A stretch of DNA of 64,000 nt from positions 640,001 to 704,000 of the forward strand of contig CAWCAG010000009.1 of the NCBI GenBank assembly GCA_963793425.1, read 5' to 3'. Below the pieces are notes generated by a model that searched no databases, was not told where the DNA came from, and saw nothing but the letters and a program-made list of their open reading frames with translations. The position numbers and the translations under genes were made by a program. Positions 1 through 9,542 of the stretch are shown piece after piece (within the stretch, counting starts at the first letter, position 1; every line of letters starts with the position of its first letter). Source of the DNA: an uncultured cyanobacterium. Its GTDB lineage: Bacteria; Cyanobacteriota; Cyanobacteriia; Cyanobacteriales; CAWCAG01.

Positions 1-294
1 CAATCTCAAGGTTTTGTTTATTTAGTTAGTGTCACCGGAGTAACAGGGGTACGTTCGGAATTAGCAACTAGGGTTAAAGATTTGTTACAAAGTCTTCACA
101 AAGTTACCGATAAACCCATCGGTGTCGGTTTTGGTATTTCTCAACCTGAACAAGCTAAGCAAGTGAAAGAATGGGGGGCAGATGCAGCTATTGTTGGTAG
201 TGCTATAGTTAAGCGTTTAGCTACCGGAACCCCAGAGGAGGGTTTACAAGCTGTAGAAGAGTTTTGTTCTAGTCTTAAAGCAGCAATTCAGTGA
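1..294 (+). CDS. trpA: Tryptophan synthase alpha chain, 3' part (5' end outside window)
   Basis: Frame 1 from base 1 reads [16 protein letters not shown]...PIGVGFGIS...[12 protein letters not shown], all TrpA motifs. Confidence 0.96.
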   Translation, partial: QSQGFVYLVSVTGVTGVRSELATRVKDLLQSLHKVTDKPIGVGFGISQPEQAKQVKEWGADAAIVGSAIVKRLATGTPEEGLQAVEEFCSSLKAAIQ

Positions 295-300
295 TCTTGC

Positions 301-320
301 TAATGGCTAATTAGCCATTA
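301..320. terminator. Perfect 20-bp palindrome TAATGGCTAATTAGCCATTA between convergent genes; possible bidirectional terminator
   Basis: Self-complementary; lies between the trpA stop (294) and the helicase stop (329). Confidence 0.5.
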
Positions 321-328
321 ACGAAACT

Positions 329-3028
329 TCAATCAACAATTTCTGACACCGGAAATCTCTCCATTAATTGGATAGCCCTACGAGCATTTTTCTTTAAATC
401 TCCGGATATGTCAGGAATATGAGGAATTTGCGAGAGAAAATCGACGGTTCGTCGTAAAAGCCTAACAATATCTCCTTCATCAAGACTGGTATGTTCGCAA
501 AGTTCAACCCATTCAATGCCCAAAGCCCATTGTTCGACAATGCCAATTAGTTTATATTCCCTCCAAACCGGGAGAGCAACTTTATAACGATTTTGGAGTT
601 TATTTAACTCTTGCCCCAAGGGACGCAAGTTATCCAAAACTTCAATTACTTGTTGAGGAGGATTATATTTCACCCAACTATCAGGACGGGGAGGTTCGCT
701 GATTAAAGCACAAGCTGCTGCGGCTAAATGTTGAGGTTGCAATGGTTCACATTCCCCTGATGTTAAAGCCAAAGCTAACCACAACTCATTATCTCCTCGA
801 ATGGCTGCTGCCGCTTTACCAAGAGGAGTTGGCTTGTAACCTTTGAGGGCATCGAAAGCTTGGAGAACTTCAATTAAGTTGAGAAATTCTTGCCAATGGT
901 GGGTTTGATGTTCCCGATATTTGGTTTGTCGGTCACGTATTTCTTCTTTGAGGCTAAGGCGGCGGTTGTGGCGTTTGATGATGGTTCCTGGACGGCCCCA
1001 ATTGCTGAGAGAATGATTATCAATTTGGGTTTGGGTGGCTACCATTTTTTCCTTTTGAGCCAACACTTCCGGGGCTTCAGGAATTTCTGGTAAGGGTGAG
1101 GGAGAGGGTGAAGGACTCCCTGCCCCTACTTTCTGGGCTAGTAATTGGGCGATTTCTGCACTAACTTCATCTCCCGGACAAGATTTGCCTAATTTGATGC
1201 CCAGGTTATCGGGAGGAATCAACCATTCTATTTGAGAAGAAGGTAAAGATTGTTTGTCTATGGCAATTACATCGACGTTACTAACTATATACCAGTAGTT
1301 ATCTATGCCCAAACAAACTAGGTAAGGTGCTTGACCTCCGCCTATAGCTTTAGCGATTAAAATTGCTGTTACAGGCTTGGTTACTTTGAGGTGTTTGCCT
1401 TTTAAATAAACTATTTGTCCTGGTTCTAATTTGGAGGCAACGAAGGTAACTCCTTTTAAGCGTTCTACCTCTGCTTGCTGTTTTAGGGTTTTGAGGAGGC
1501 GACGTTCTTCTTTGAGTCTGGCTTTGAGTTTTTCATAGCTGCTAATTAAATTAACTTCTACCGGGGCCAACTCCACATCCAACCTCGCTAATTCTGTGGC
1601 TATATCTGCGATCGCCTTTTGTTGTGGGGTTAACCTCAAAGTGGCAATATATTGGGCAAAACTTCTTTCTAAGAGGTTTTGTACTTGGTCTATGGTGTGG
1701 GTTTGGAGTAGATTCAAAACCATGCCATAGGTAGGAGTAAACTGGCTTACCAACGGATCTGCTTTTCTGGTGGCTAAGTAGGCTGATTCTTTAGCCCCTT
1801 CAAAGGGGGTTTGACAAGTCACCACATAACCGACATTATCCATACCCCTACGTCCTGCCCTACCAGCCATTTGCAGGAATTCAGAAGCTGTTAAGAGGCG
1901 ATGCCCCCTATCAGTTCGCTTAGAAATAGAAGAAATTACAGTGGTGCGGGCAGGCATATTAATCCCCGCAGCGAGGGTTTCTGTGGCGAAGACAGCCTTA
2001 ACTAAGCCGGCTTGGAACAATTCCTCAACTAATCCTTTCCAAGCAGGTAGAATGCCCGCATGGTGGGCGGCAATTCCTCGGTATAAAGCATCTACTTGAC
2101 CTTTTCTGCCTGCATCAGGGTTTTTGTTGAGAAACTCGTCAATGCGAACTTTGAGGCGAGAGGCTTCTTCTTGGTTAACCAAACTCACTTCACGAAAATC
2201 TTCTACGGAGCGATCGCAACCTCGACGGCTGAAGATAAAATAAATGGCTGGGAGCATTTCCCGTTTGTAAAGCTGGGAAACTATTTGGAAAACACTAGGA
2301 CAGTCCTCTCTTCTTAAGCGTTTTTGTCCTCCTTTCTTCTTCGATTTGAGGCGAGGGTTCAAAGACTTTTGTTGTTTATCTAACAGATCAAACAAGCCCT
2401 TTTGGCTACTGAAATAAAATTTGAGGGGTACGGGGCGAAAGTCGGAGTTAATTAGTTCTGTGGGGCCATGAACTTGAGCAATCCATTCCGTTAATTCTGC
2501 TCCATTAGCAATGGTAGCCGACAAAGCCACTAATTGAATTTCTGGAGGACAATAAATAATTGACTCTTCCCAAACTGTACCCCGTTGGCGGTCATTCATG
2601 TAGTGGCATTCATCCAAAACCACCGCTTCGACATCTTCTAAGGAAGTACCAACTTGGCCAATGGGGGTTCCATAAAGCATATTACGGAAAATTTCTGTGG
2701 TCATCACTAAAACTGATGCTTCCCGGTTGCTGGAAACATCCCCAGTCAACAAACCAACTTCCCTTTCCCCAAATTGTTTCCTAAAGTCCCTTAATTTTTG
2801 ATTAGAAAGAGCTTTGAGAGGAGTTGTGTAGAGAACTCGTTTACCGCTAGACAAAGCGCGATAGATTGCATACTCTCCAATCAAAGTTTTCCCGGAACCA
2901 GTGGGGGCGCAAACTACCACAGACTTATTCTCATTGAGAGCTGTGATCGCTCTTTTTTGAAAGTCATCTAGTTCAAAAGGAAATAGTGTTTTTAGATCAA
3001 GGGCTGAGTTATTTGCAGAAGAATTCAC
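329..3028 (-). CDS. Ski2/HelY-like DEAD/DEAH-box RNA helicase with C-terminal DSHCT-type domain
   Basis: APTGSGKT, DECH, SAT, ATETLAAGINMPA and QMAGRAGRRG motifs; C-terminal DEGDIVR. Confidence 0.93.
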   Translation of the reverse strand: MNSSANNSALDLKTLFPFELDDFQKRAITALNENKSVVVCAPTGSGKTLIGEYAIYRALSSGKRVLYTTPLKALSNQKLRDFRKQFGEREVGLLTGDVSSNREASVLVMTTEIFRNMLYGTPIGQVGTSLEDVEAVVLDECHYMNDRQRGTVWEESIIYCPPEIQLVALSATIANGAELTEWIAQVHGPTELINSDFRPVPLKFYFSSQKGLFDLLDKQQKSLNPRLKSKKKGGQKRLRREDCPSVFQIVSQLYKREMLPAIYFIFSRRGCDRSVEDFREVSLVNQEEASRLKVRIDEFLNKNPDAGRKGQVDALYRGIAAHHAGILPAWKGLVEELFQAGLVKAVFATETLAAGINMPARTTVISSISKRTDRGHRLLTASEFLQMAGRAGRRGMDNVGYVVTCQTPFEGAKESAYLATRKADPLVSQFTPTYGMVLNLLQTHTIDQVQNLLERSFAQYIATLRLTPQQKAIADIATELARLDVELAPVEVNLISSYEKLKARLKEERRLLKTLKQQAEVERLKGVTFVASKLEPGQIVYLKGKHLKVTKPVTAILIAKAIGGGQAPYLVCLGIDNYWYIVSNVDVIAIDKQSLPSSQIEWLIPPDNLGIKLGKSCPGDEVSAEIAQLLAQKVGAGSPSPSPSPLPEIPEAPEVLAQKEKMVATQTQIDNHSLSNWGRPGTIIKRHNRRLSLKEEIRDRQTKYREHQTHHWQEFLNLIEVLQAFDALKGYKPTPLGKAAAAIRGDNELWLALALTSGECEPLQPQHLAAAACALISEPPRPDSWVKYNPPQQVIEVLDNLRPLGQELNKLQNRYKVALPVWREYKLIGIVEQWALGIEWVELCEHTSLDEGDIVRLLRRTVDFLSQIPHIPDISGDLKKNARRAIQLMERFPVSEIVD

Positions 3029-3129
3029 ACGGAGTCTTTACCATTCTTAATTAATATTTGACGAGAGCAAAAAGTTTTGCTTTAATTCCAGTCTATTTGA
3101 ATGATACCTATTTCAGGGGTGTAATTGGT

Positions 3130-3804
3130 ATGTTATCTAAATCAGAGTCATTAGTAATTAGGGAATCTTCCCTCAAATTTGGTCGTAGCTATAGAGTCCT
3201 AACAGCTTTGCTAGGGGGGATTCCTCTATTTTTGGGCATGAGGCTACGGAGCTTAGTTTATCAACTAGTTTTTGATAAAATTGGCCAAGGGGTACAAGTT
3301 GAAGTAAATGTTAACTTTACCCGTACTTATTTAATTAGTTTAGGCAATCGGGCTTACATTCGGTCGGGAGCAAATTTAGAAGTTTTAGCAGAAAATAGTG
3401 CCATCGTTATTGGAGAAAAAGCCACAATCGAACGAGGCGCTGATATTCGTGCTTATGCAGGAGGTAGTATTAGGATTGGCGATCGCACGTTTATCGGCCC
3501 CTATACTTGTCTTAATGGCCGTAATGTCAGGATTGGTCAAGATTGTTTAATTGGTCATCATTGCGGTATTTTCGCCGGCAATCATATTTTTAAGGATGCC
3601 CAACGCAAAATTAATCAACAAGGCTCTTCTTTCCAAGGTATTGTTATTGAAGATGATTGTTGGTTAGGTAGCGGAGTAAAGATTTTAGATGGAGTTACCG
3701 TTGGTAAAGGAAGTGTAATTGGTGCAGGTACTGTGGTGACGAAAAATGTTGCTCCTTATTCTGTGGCTGTAGGAGTTCCTGCCGAGGTTGTAGCTCATCG
3801 CTAG
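3130..3804 (+). CDS. Hexapeptide-repeat acyltransferase (maltose/galactoside O-acetyltransferase-like)
   Basis: Left-handed beta-helix repeats, IEDDCWLG...VIGAGTVVTK...VGVPA; ATG at 3130 preferred over TTG at 3058. Confidence 0.88.
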   Translation: MLSKSESLVIRESSLKFGRSYRVLTALLGGIPLFLGMRLRSLVYQLVFDKIGQGVQVEVNVNFTRTYLISLGNRAYIRSGANLEVLAENSAIVIGEKATIERGADIRAYAGGSIRIGDRTFIGPYTCLNGRNVRIGQDCLIGHHCGIFAGNHIFKDAQRKINQQGSSFQGIVIEDDCWLGSGVKILDGVTVGKGSVIGAGTVVTKNVAPYSVAVGVPAEVVAHR

Positions 3805-3821
3805 TATTAAGTAAATAGCTA

Positions 3822-3880
3822 TTGACATCGAATCCGTCCTAAAAGGACGAGGCTTGAAACCTTTTGTTATTTTCGGTCAA
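3822..3880. mobile_element. Miniature IS200/IS605-like (PATE-type) element or remnant
   Basis: TTGAC, then hairpin CGTCCT-AAA-AGGACG (3835-3849), GGCTTGAAACC and TTTTCGGTCAA; resembles cyanobacterial IS605-family ends as recalled. Confidence 0.5.
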
Positions 3881-4210
3881 TGGAACATATAGATTTTTCG
3901 AGTTGCGATCGCTGAAATCTTAGTGAAGAGAATGCCAAAATAAAAAATAACTACGACACCATTAGCTAATAGGTATGAGGAAAAGCGTAGCCAATCCTCT
4001 TTTAGAGAGCATATATGAAAATATCGCTTAAAAATGATGTTGTTGTCTCAGTCGGACATTAAATTCGAGAAGAAATAGAGGTATTAGCTGCTTTAATGTT
4101 ATGGAAGGTATCAAAATCTTCTTAAATGAAGCTAGCGCTATAATTAATTATTTGACATTTTATCCCCTAACAAAAAAAGCAGATAATTAAAAGTACTCTC
4201 TTACTTGGCA

Positions 4211-6067
4211 ATGAGAATTTTATTAATTGATAATGATAAAACTTTAATTAACTTACTTCAAAGAATTCTTACAGAACAAAATTATGTTATTGATGCAGTT
4301 ACTGACGGAGAACAAGGTTGGATATATGGTTCAACCTATAGTTATGATCTAATTATTCTAGATTGGTCTTTACCCAAACTAGATGGAGTGAGTTTGTGTA
4401 AGCGCTTTCGTGCTTCTGATTACGACACCCCTATTCTCCTCTTAACAGCATCTAATAGTAGTCAAGATAAGGTTCAAGGGCTTGATGCAGGGGCAGATGA
4501 TTGTCTATGTAAACCTTTTGATCTCGAAGAATTCTCAGCACGTATTCGTGCTTTGTTGCGTCGTCTAAATGCTGATTTCCTTTCTGTATTGGGTTGGGGA
4601 GATTTGAAACTAGATCCTTGTCGTGGTGAGGTTACTTATAAAGACCAATTGTTGTCTTTAACGGCCAAAGAGTATGGGTTATTGGAATTATTTTTACGTC
4701 ACCCCCAAGAAGTTTTAAGCATTGAAGAGATTATTGAAAGTTTGTGGTCTTCAACAGAATACCCGGCTGAGGCGACAGTTCGTTCTCACCTTAGACACTT
4801 ACGAAAAAAACTCAGACTAGCTGGCTTAGTAGAAAATCCGATTACAACGTTACCAGGACGAGGATATTGCTTAAAATATTTGCCAAGAGGGAGTGATGTT
4901 GATGAGGCCGTCTCGTCAACGCAGCTAGAAAACCGAAAGAGTAGGCGATCTAAGCATTTAGCAACCCTGACTACGACTTGGGAAAGATATCAGCATAAGA
5001 GTAGTCAACAGTTAGTCAGTTTAGATGCCGCTATAAAAGCTTTGCAACAAGGCAATCTTGATAAAAGCGCTCACCTAAATGCAATTGTAACAGCTCATAG
5101 TTTAGCAGGGAATTTGGAACTATTTGGTTTTGAGCGAGGTTGCCAATTGACTCAAGAAATAGAACAACTACTACAAAGGGATTTGGGTAGAGATTCTCAG
5201 CAAATTGTTCAGCTACAAACTACCTTCAATACTTTACGTCAAGAGTTAGTTACTGAAGATAATATTTCAGAGCAAATATCTAACCAACTAGAAGCAAATT
5301 CTCCTTTGTTATTGATTATTGATAACAATACAACATTTACTGAAAACTTAAGCCAAGAAGCAACTAGTTTGGGGATCAGAACTGCTATTGCCCCAACAAC
5401 GGAATTGGCTAAAAATTATCTAGAAGGAGAGCTTCCTGATGTAGTTCTTTTGCAAATTTCTTTTGAAGAATCAACATCTAATTCTAGATTGCGATGGGAA
5501 CGTTTATCTTTGATTGCTGAATTTAAGTTAATGGAACCGTCAATACCTGTAATTGTAATTGCTGATTGTGATCACCCTGAAGATCGTTTGCAAATAGTGC
5601 GACATGGGGGTTCTTTTTTCTTAAAACAACCCATAACTGCTGCCCAAACCCTCTCTTTTTGTCAGCAAGTTTTAGAGCATTCTTGCCAAAATAAAAAAGT
5701 AATGATTGTTGATAGTGATGTAGAGTTACTCCGAGCTTTGCCTTCTATGTTACAACCTTGGGGTTTCAAATTAACCACCTTAGATGATCCTCGGCAGTTT
5801 TGGGATGTTATTCAATCGGTACTTCCTGATATTTTGGTACTAGAGATAGAAATGCCTCACTTCAGCGGTATTGAATTGTGTAAAACTCTACGAACTTATG
5901 CCTATTGGCGTAGGACACCTATTTTATTCCTCACAGCCCATACAGATATAGCAATGCAAAATTTGGTTTTTTCTAGTGGTGGTGATGATTTTATCACTAA
6001 ACCCATTGACGGCAAAAAATTAGCAGAACGTATTCTTAATCGTTTTGAGAGAATACGGGAAAGTTAA
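4211..6067 (+). CDS. Multi-domain response regulator (REC-wHTH-Hpt-REC-REC)
   Basis: OmpR-type REC and winged helix (LTAKEYGLLELF, GRGY), Hpt (AHSLAGNL), two C-terminal receiver-like domains. Confidence 0.9.
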   Translation: MRILLIDNDKTLINLLQRILTEQNYVIDAVTDGEQGWIYGSTYSYDLIILDWSLPKLDGVSLCKRFRASDYDTPILLLTASNSSQDKVQGLDAGADDCLCKPFDLEEFSARIRALLRRLNADFLSVLGWGDLKLDPCRGEVTYKDQLLSLTAKEYGLLELFLRHPQEVLSIEEIIESLWSSTEYPAEATVRSHLRHLRKKLRLAGLVENPITTLPGRGYCLKYLPRGSDVDEAVSSTQLENRKSRRSKHLATLTTTWERYQHKSSQQLVSLDAAIKALQQGNLDKSAHLNAIVTAHSLAGNLELFGFERGCQLTQEIEQLLQRDLGRDSQQIVQLQTTFNTLRQELVTEDNISEQISNQLEANSPLLLIIDNNTTFTENLSQEATSLGIRTAIAPTTELAKNYLEGELPDVVLLQISFEESTSNSRLRWERLSLIAEFKLMEPSIPVIVIADCDHPEDRLQIVRHGGSFFLKQPITAAQTLSFCQQVLEHSCQNKKVMIVDSDVELLRALPSMLQPWGFKLTTLDDPRQFWDVIQSVLPDILVLEIEMPHFSGIELCKTLRTYAYWRRTPILFLTAHTDIAMQNLVFSSGGDDFITKPIDGKKLAERILNRFERIRES

Positions 6068-6093
6068 GGGATTAATGATCATAAATCCTTGAT

Positions 6094-7056
6094 TTACCTA
6101 AACTGCTCTTCTAATCTACTTCTCCAAATATGAAGAGGACTAATTAAAATACTTAGTAATAGTGCGTTTTCACAAGCAGCAACCGTGTCAGTTTTAAGCT
6201 TAGTCCAATTGCTAGCAAGGTGTAAAATAAGTTTGCGTAAATCGTTCCCTAAATAAGCAAAAAAGGCGAAGGGTCTTTGCCATGATTTTAGCCTTAGCAT
6301 TCTGATATAATGTCTAGTTAATCCTGAATTGCGGCTTAGAGAGATTAAATAGCTACGTTCCATTCTCCAAGCAGGAATATGATGATAGATGTGCATTTCA
6401 GGGTTATACCAAATCTCCCAGCCACCATTCTGAATGTAAGACAAGATTTCTAAATCTTCTCCTTTAGTTAATAAGGATGCTTTGCTAGGACCTAAAAGCA
6501 CTAAGTTATCAGGTACAGTTTCTAACCAAGCTTGTTTAGCAATAACAATACCTGCCCCTGGAGGAAGGACTTTTTGTTTATGTTTGTTGTAACAAAATGG
6601 TTTTTTTCCTCTTTCAATTATGGCTAAATAAACGGCTATTCTCTGGAAGTTTTGAGGTGTTACTGTTTCAAATTCTCCGTGAATTTGACCACCATACGCG
6701 CCAACATTGGGGTGTAGTTTTCCGAAGGAATATGCTTGAAATACCCAGTCGCTATCAGGTAAGTTATCGTCATCGAGAAAACCAATTAGGGAACCTTGAG
6801 CTTCATGAATGGCTCTTTGCCTAGCAATTGAGGCTCCTTGTTTAGGCTCGAAGTAATATTTAAGAGGATAGGAGTAGTGCCAATTAGATTGGTATTGGGC
6901 AACAACCTTAGCAGTGCCATCGTTACTATTGTTGTCAATAACAATGATTTCCCAGTTAATTTCCTCTGTACGAACCTGGGAGCGTAGTTTATCTAAAACA
7001 TTGGGTAGCAAACGTTCCCCATTGTAGGTGCGGATAGCAACTGTAAAATCCACCAT
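6094..7056 (-). CDS. GT2 glycosyltransferase, HpsE-like (hormogonium polysaccharide)
   Basis: DFTVAIRTYNG, IDNNSND, FLDDDNLP, LPPGAG, GEDLE, IWYNP. Confidence 0.88.
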   Translation of the reverse strand: MVDFTVAIRTYNGERLLPNVLDKLRSQVRTEEINWEIIVIDNNSNDGTAKVVAQYQSNWHYSYPLKYYFEPKQGASIARQRAIHEAQGSLIGFLDDDNLPDSDWVFQAYSFGKLHPNVGAYGGQIHGEFETVTPQNFQRIAVYLAIIERGKKPFCYNKHKQKVLPPGAGIVIAKQAWLETVPDNLVLLGPSKASLLTKGEDLEILSYIQNGGWEIWYNPEMHIYHHIPAWRMERSYLISLSRNSGLTRHYIRMLRLKSWQRPFAFFAYLGNDLRKLILHLASNWTKLKTDTVAACENALLLSILISPLHIWRSRLEEQFR

Positions 7057-7231
7057 GATTTAGCCCTGAAAATTGCTTATTGGACAATACTAACTTTCCC
7101 ATATTGTAATCAAATGTTCAGATCGTGAATCACTTTTATAAAGTTTTACTCCTATTCAAGAAACTCCTTGCTTTTTCTCTGAGTGCAATTGTTAAAGAGA
7201 TTTTCTGCTAGTTTTATGGGAATAATAACTA

Positions 7232-7270
7232 AAGTTACTAGAAATCACCTAAAGTAATTTCTAGTAACTT
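7232..7270. terminator. 14-bp perfect inverted repeat (AAGTTACTAGAAAT-N11-ATTTCTAGTAACTT); putative terminator or regulatory hairpin
   Basis: Directly visible; downstream of gdhA and upstream of the HpsE-like gene. Confidence 0.45.
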
Positions 7271-7411
7271 CAAACTATCTAAATATTCTCTAGCTAATTT
7301 TGAATTTCTAAAGAAATGAAGCGTTATCCTCGTTTTAACTACTTTTTTCTGGTATCTGTATTTATACTACTAGCCATTAGTTGAGTATTAGACATAGTAG
7401 TGAATCCTTAA

Positions 7412-8734
7412 CTACTTTCCATTTACATAATAGTCCCTAGTTCCCTTAGCATCTAAAGCCTCTCCTAGACGATTTAAAGCATGAATATAAGCAGCAGTAC
7501 GCATAGAAACATTTAATTCTTGAGCAATTGACCAAGTTTTTTGGGTTTCTTCGATTATCTTCTCTTTTAATCGTTGACTAACTTCCTCTAAGTTCCAATA
7601 TAGTCCACTACGATTTTGTACCCACTCAAAATAACTGACTGTTACTCCTCCAGCATTAACTAAAATATCAGGAAATACCTTGATTTGTTTACTTTCTAAA
7701 ATAGCATCAGCAGAGGAAGTTATGGGGCCATTAGCAACTTCAAAAATAAATTTAGCTTGAATATCAGCAGCATTGGCTTGAGTAATTTGTTTTTCTAAAG
7801 CGGCAGGAATTAAGACATCAACATCTAAAGTTAATAAGTCTTCGTTGCTAATTACTTGATGTTCAACAATATTACAAACACTATCTTGACAATAAACAGC
7901 TTTGATGCCAAGACGTTCATTTTTATATTTACGAATGCTGGGAATATCTAATCCTCCGGGGGCATAAATTCCTCCTTGAGAGTCACTTACGGCCACAACT
8001 TGATAACCAGCATCAAAAAGCAATTCTGCTAGTTTTCCTCCCACTTTCCCGAAGCCTTGAACAGCGATAGTAGTTTCTTGAGGCTTTTGCTCAAATTTAG
8101 GCAGAATAGTATTAATAACCTCAAAAGCCCCCGTAGCCGTAGCCACATCTCTACCTTGGCTTCCTCCCATCGTTAAAGGCTTCCCTGTCACCACAGCAGG
8201 ACTAATTTTACGTCGGATGATACTATATTGATCCATCATCCAACCCATAATTGTAGCGTTGGTATAAACATCAGGAGCAAGAATATCTACATCAGGGCCA
8301 ATAAAATCGGCGATCGCATCAATATAACCCCGGCTTAAGCGTTCTAATTCTGATTTAGATAATTCTTTAGGGTTGAGGGTTATACCACCTTTCCCCCCTC
8401 CAAAAGGCAAGTTGAGTAAAGCACATTTAAAAGTCATCCAAAAAGCTAGAGATTGTACCTCATCTAAGGAAACTCCGGGATGATAGCGTACTCCACCTTT
8501 AGCAGGGCCTCTAGTATCGTCGTAGCGTACTCGATATCCAGGAAAAACTTGCAAAGAACCATCATCCATTCTCACAGGAATAGATACCCTCAAGCTAGCC
8601 TTGGGGTGCTTTAGGCGTTGGATAGCATCTTCAGAAATTGCCACATACTTTAAGGCTTTTTCCAATCTTTTACTAGCATCGGCAAAAAGAGTATCTGAGT
8701 CTTTTTCTTCCCAAGAAGTAATAGCTTTAGTCAT
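7412..8734 (-). CDS. gdhA: Glutamate dehydrogenase (Glu/Leu/Phe/Val dehydrogenase family)
   Basis: RGPAKGGVRYHP, GGGKGG, APDV, QGFGKVG, NAGGVTVSYFEWVQN. Confidence 0.95.
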   Translation of the reverse strand: MTKAITSWEEKDSDTLFADASKRLEKALKYVAISEDAIQRLKHPKASLRVSIPVRMDDGSLQVFPGYRVRYDDTRGPAKGGVRYHPGVSLDEVQSLAFWMTFKCALLNLPFGGGKGGITLNPKELSKSELERLSRGYIDAIADFIGPDVDILAPDVYTNATIMGWMMDQYSIIRRKISPAVVTGKPLTMGGSQGRDVATATGAFEVINTILPKFEQKPQETTIAVQGFGKVGGKLAELLFDAGYQVVAVSDSQGGIYAPGGLDIPSIRKYKNERLGIKAVYCQDSVCNIVEHQVISNEDLLTLDVDVLIPAALEKQITQANAADIQAKFIFEVANGPITSSADAILESKQIKVFPDILVNAGGVTVSYFEWVQNRSGLYWNLEEVSQRLKEKIIEETQKTWSIAQELNVSMRTAAYIHALNRLGEALDAKGTRDYYVNGK

Positions 8735-8891
8735 AACCAATACCTTTAAAAAAAATAATTTACTAGGTTTTTCTGGTTGATCCTCCAGTTATTTAATTGT
8801 CCCAGACAAAGAATATAAAAGGTTTCTATACTGTAGAAAGGTTGTATTTATTATTATTATTTATTGTGAACTTTTCCTAAGCGCAACCTTT

Positions 8892-9446
8892 ATGATTGTC
8901 GCCTTATTAGCAGCCCTTTCTGCTTCTGCCGCAGCAGGTATGCGTATCGCTTTACCTTTGTTGATTATCGGCTTGTTACAAACAGACAGTTTGTGGGCTA
9001 ACATTCCCTTGCTCTGGCGGATTCCTCCTCCAGTTTTGCTGTCTATACTTACTAGTTGGTCAATTTTCGAACTTTTTGGTTCTAAGGGGTTACTAGGACA
9101 AAGGATTCTTCAGGTAGTTGGGTTAGTCTTGAGTCCTATAGTAGGGGCTTTATTGAGTGTTGCGGTGATTAAAACCACAGGGATTGTTATAGAATCACTT
9201 TGGTTAATTGCTATTATTGGGGGCTTACTGGCTTTAGTACTGCAACTAGTACAAATAGGTTGGTTTTTTCGTCTGCGAGGTTTACCTATTTGGTTAGTTT
9301 TGTTAGAAGATGCCCTTTGTATCTGCTTAGTAGTTTTTGCTTTCAATGCACCTCAACAAGGTGGTTTAATTGCCATGCTAATGCTTTGGATCGCTGCCCG
9401 TAGTTCCAAGGAATGGCATCAGTGGTATAAAGGGAATAGTCGATGA
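8892..9446 (+). CDS. DUF4126-type membrane protein
   Basis: SAAAGMRIALPLL start, several TM segments, LLED motif. Confidence 0.75.
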   Translation: MIVALLAALSASAAAGMRIALPLLIIGLLQTDSLWANIPLLWRIPPPVLLSILTSWSIFELFGSKGLLGQRILQVVGLVLSPIVGALLSVAVIKTTGIVIESLWLIAIIGGLLALVLQLVQIGWFFRLRGLPIWLVLLEDALCICLVVFAFNAPQQGGLIAMLMLWIAARSSKEWHQWYKGNSR

Positions 9447-9541
9447 TCAATGATCAATAATGCTAGTTGCTAGTTGCTAATAGTTTTATTCTTAATGCCC
9501 TAATTCCCTAGCTCCCTAACTCTCCAGCTCTCCAGCTTCCC
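9444..9541. repeat. Mixed short tandem repeats (TGATCAA, GCTAGTT, C-rich units) between convergent genes
   Basis: Visible 7-8 nt tandem units typical of cyanobacterial STRRs. Confidence 0.6.
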
Positions 9542-9542
9542 A

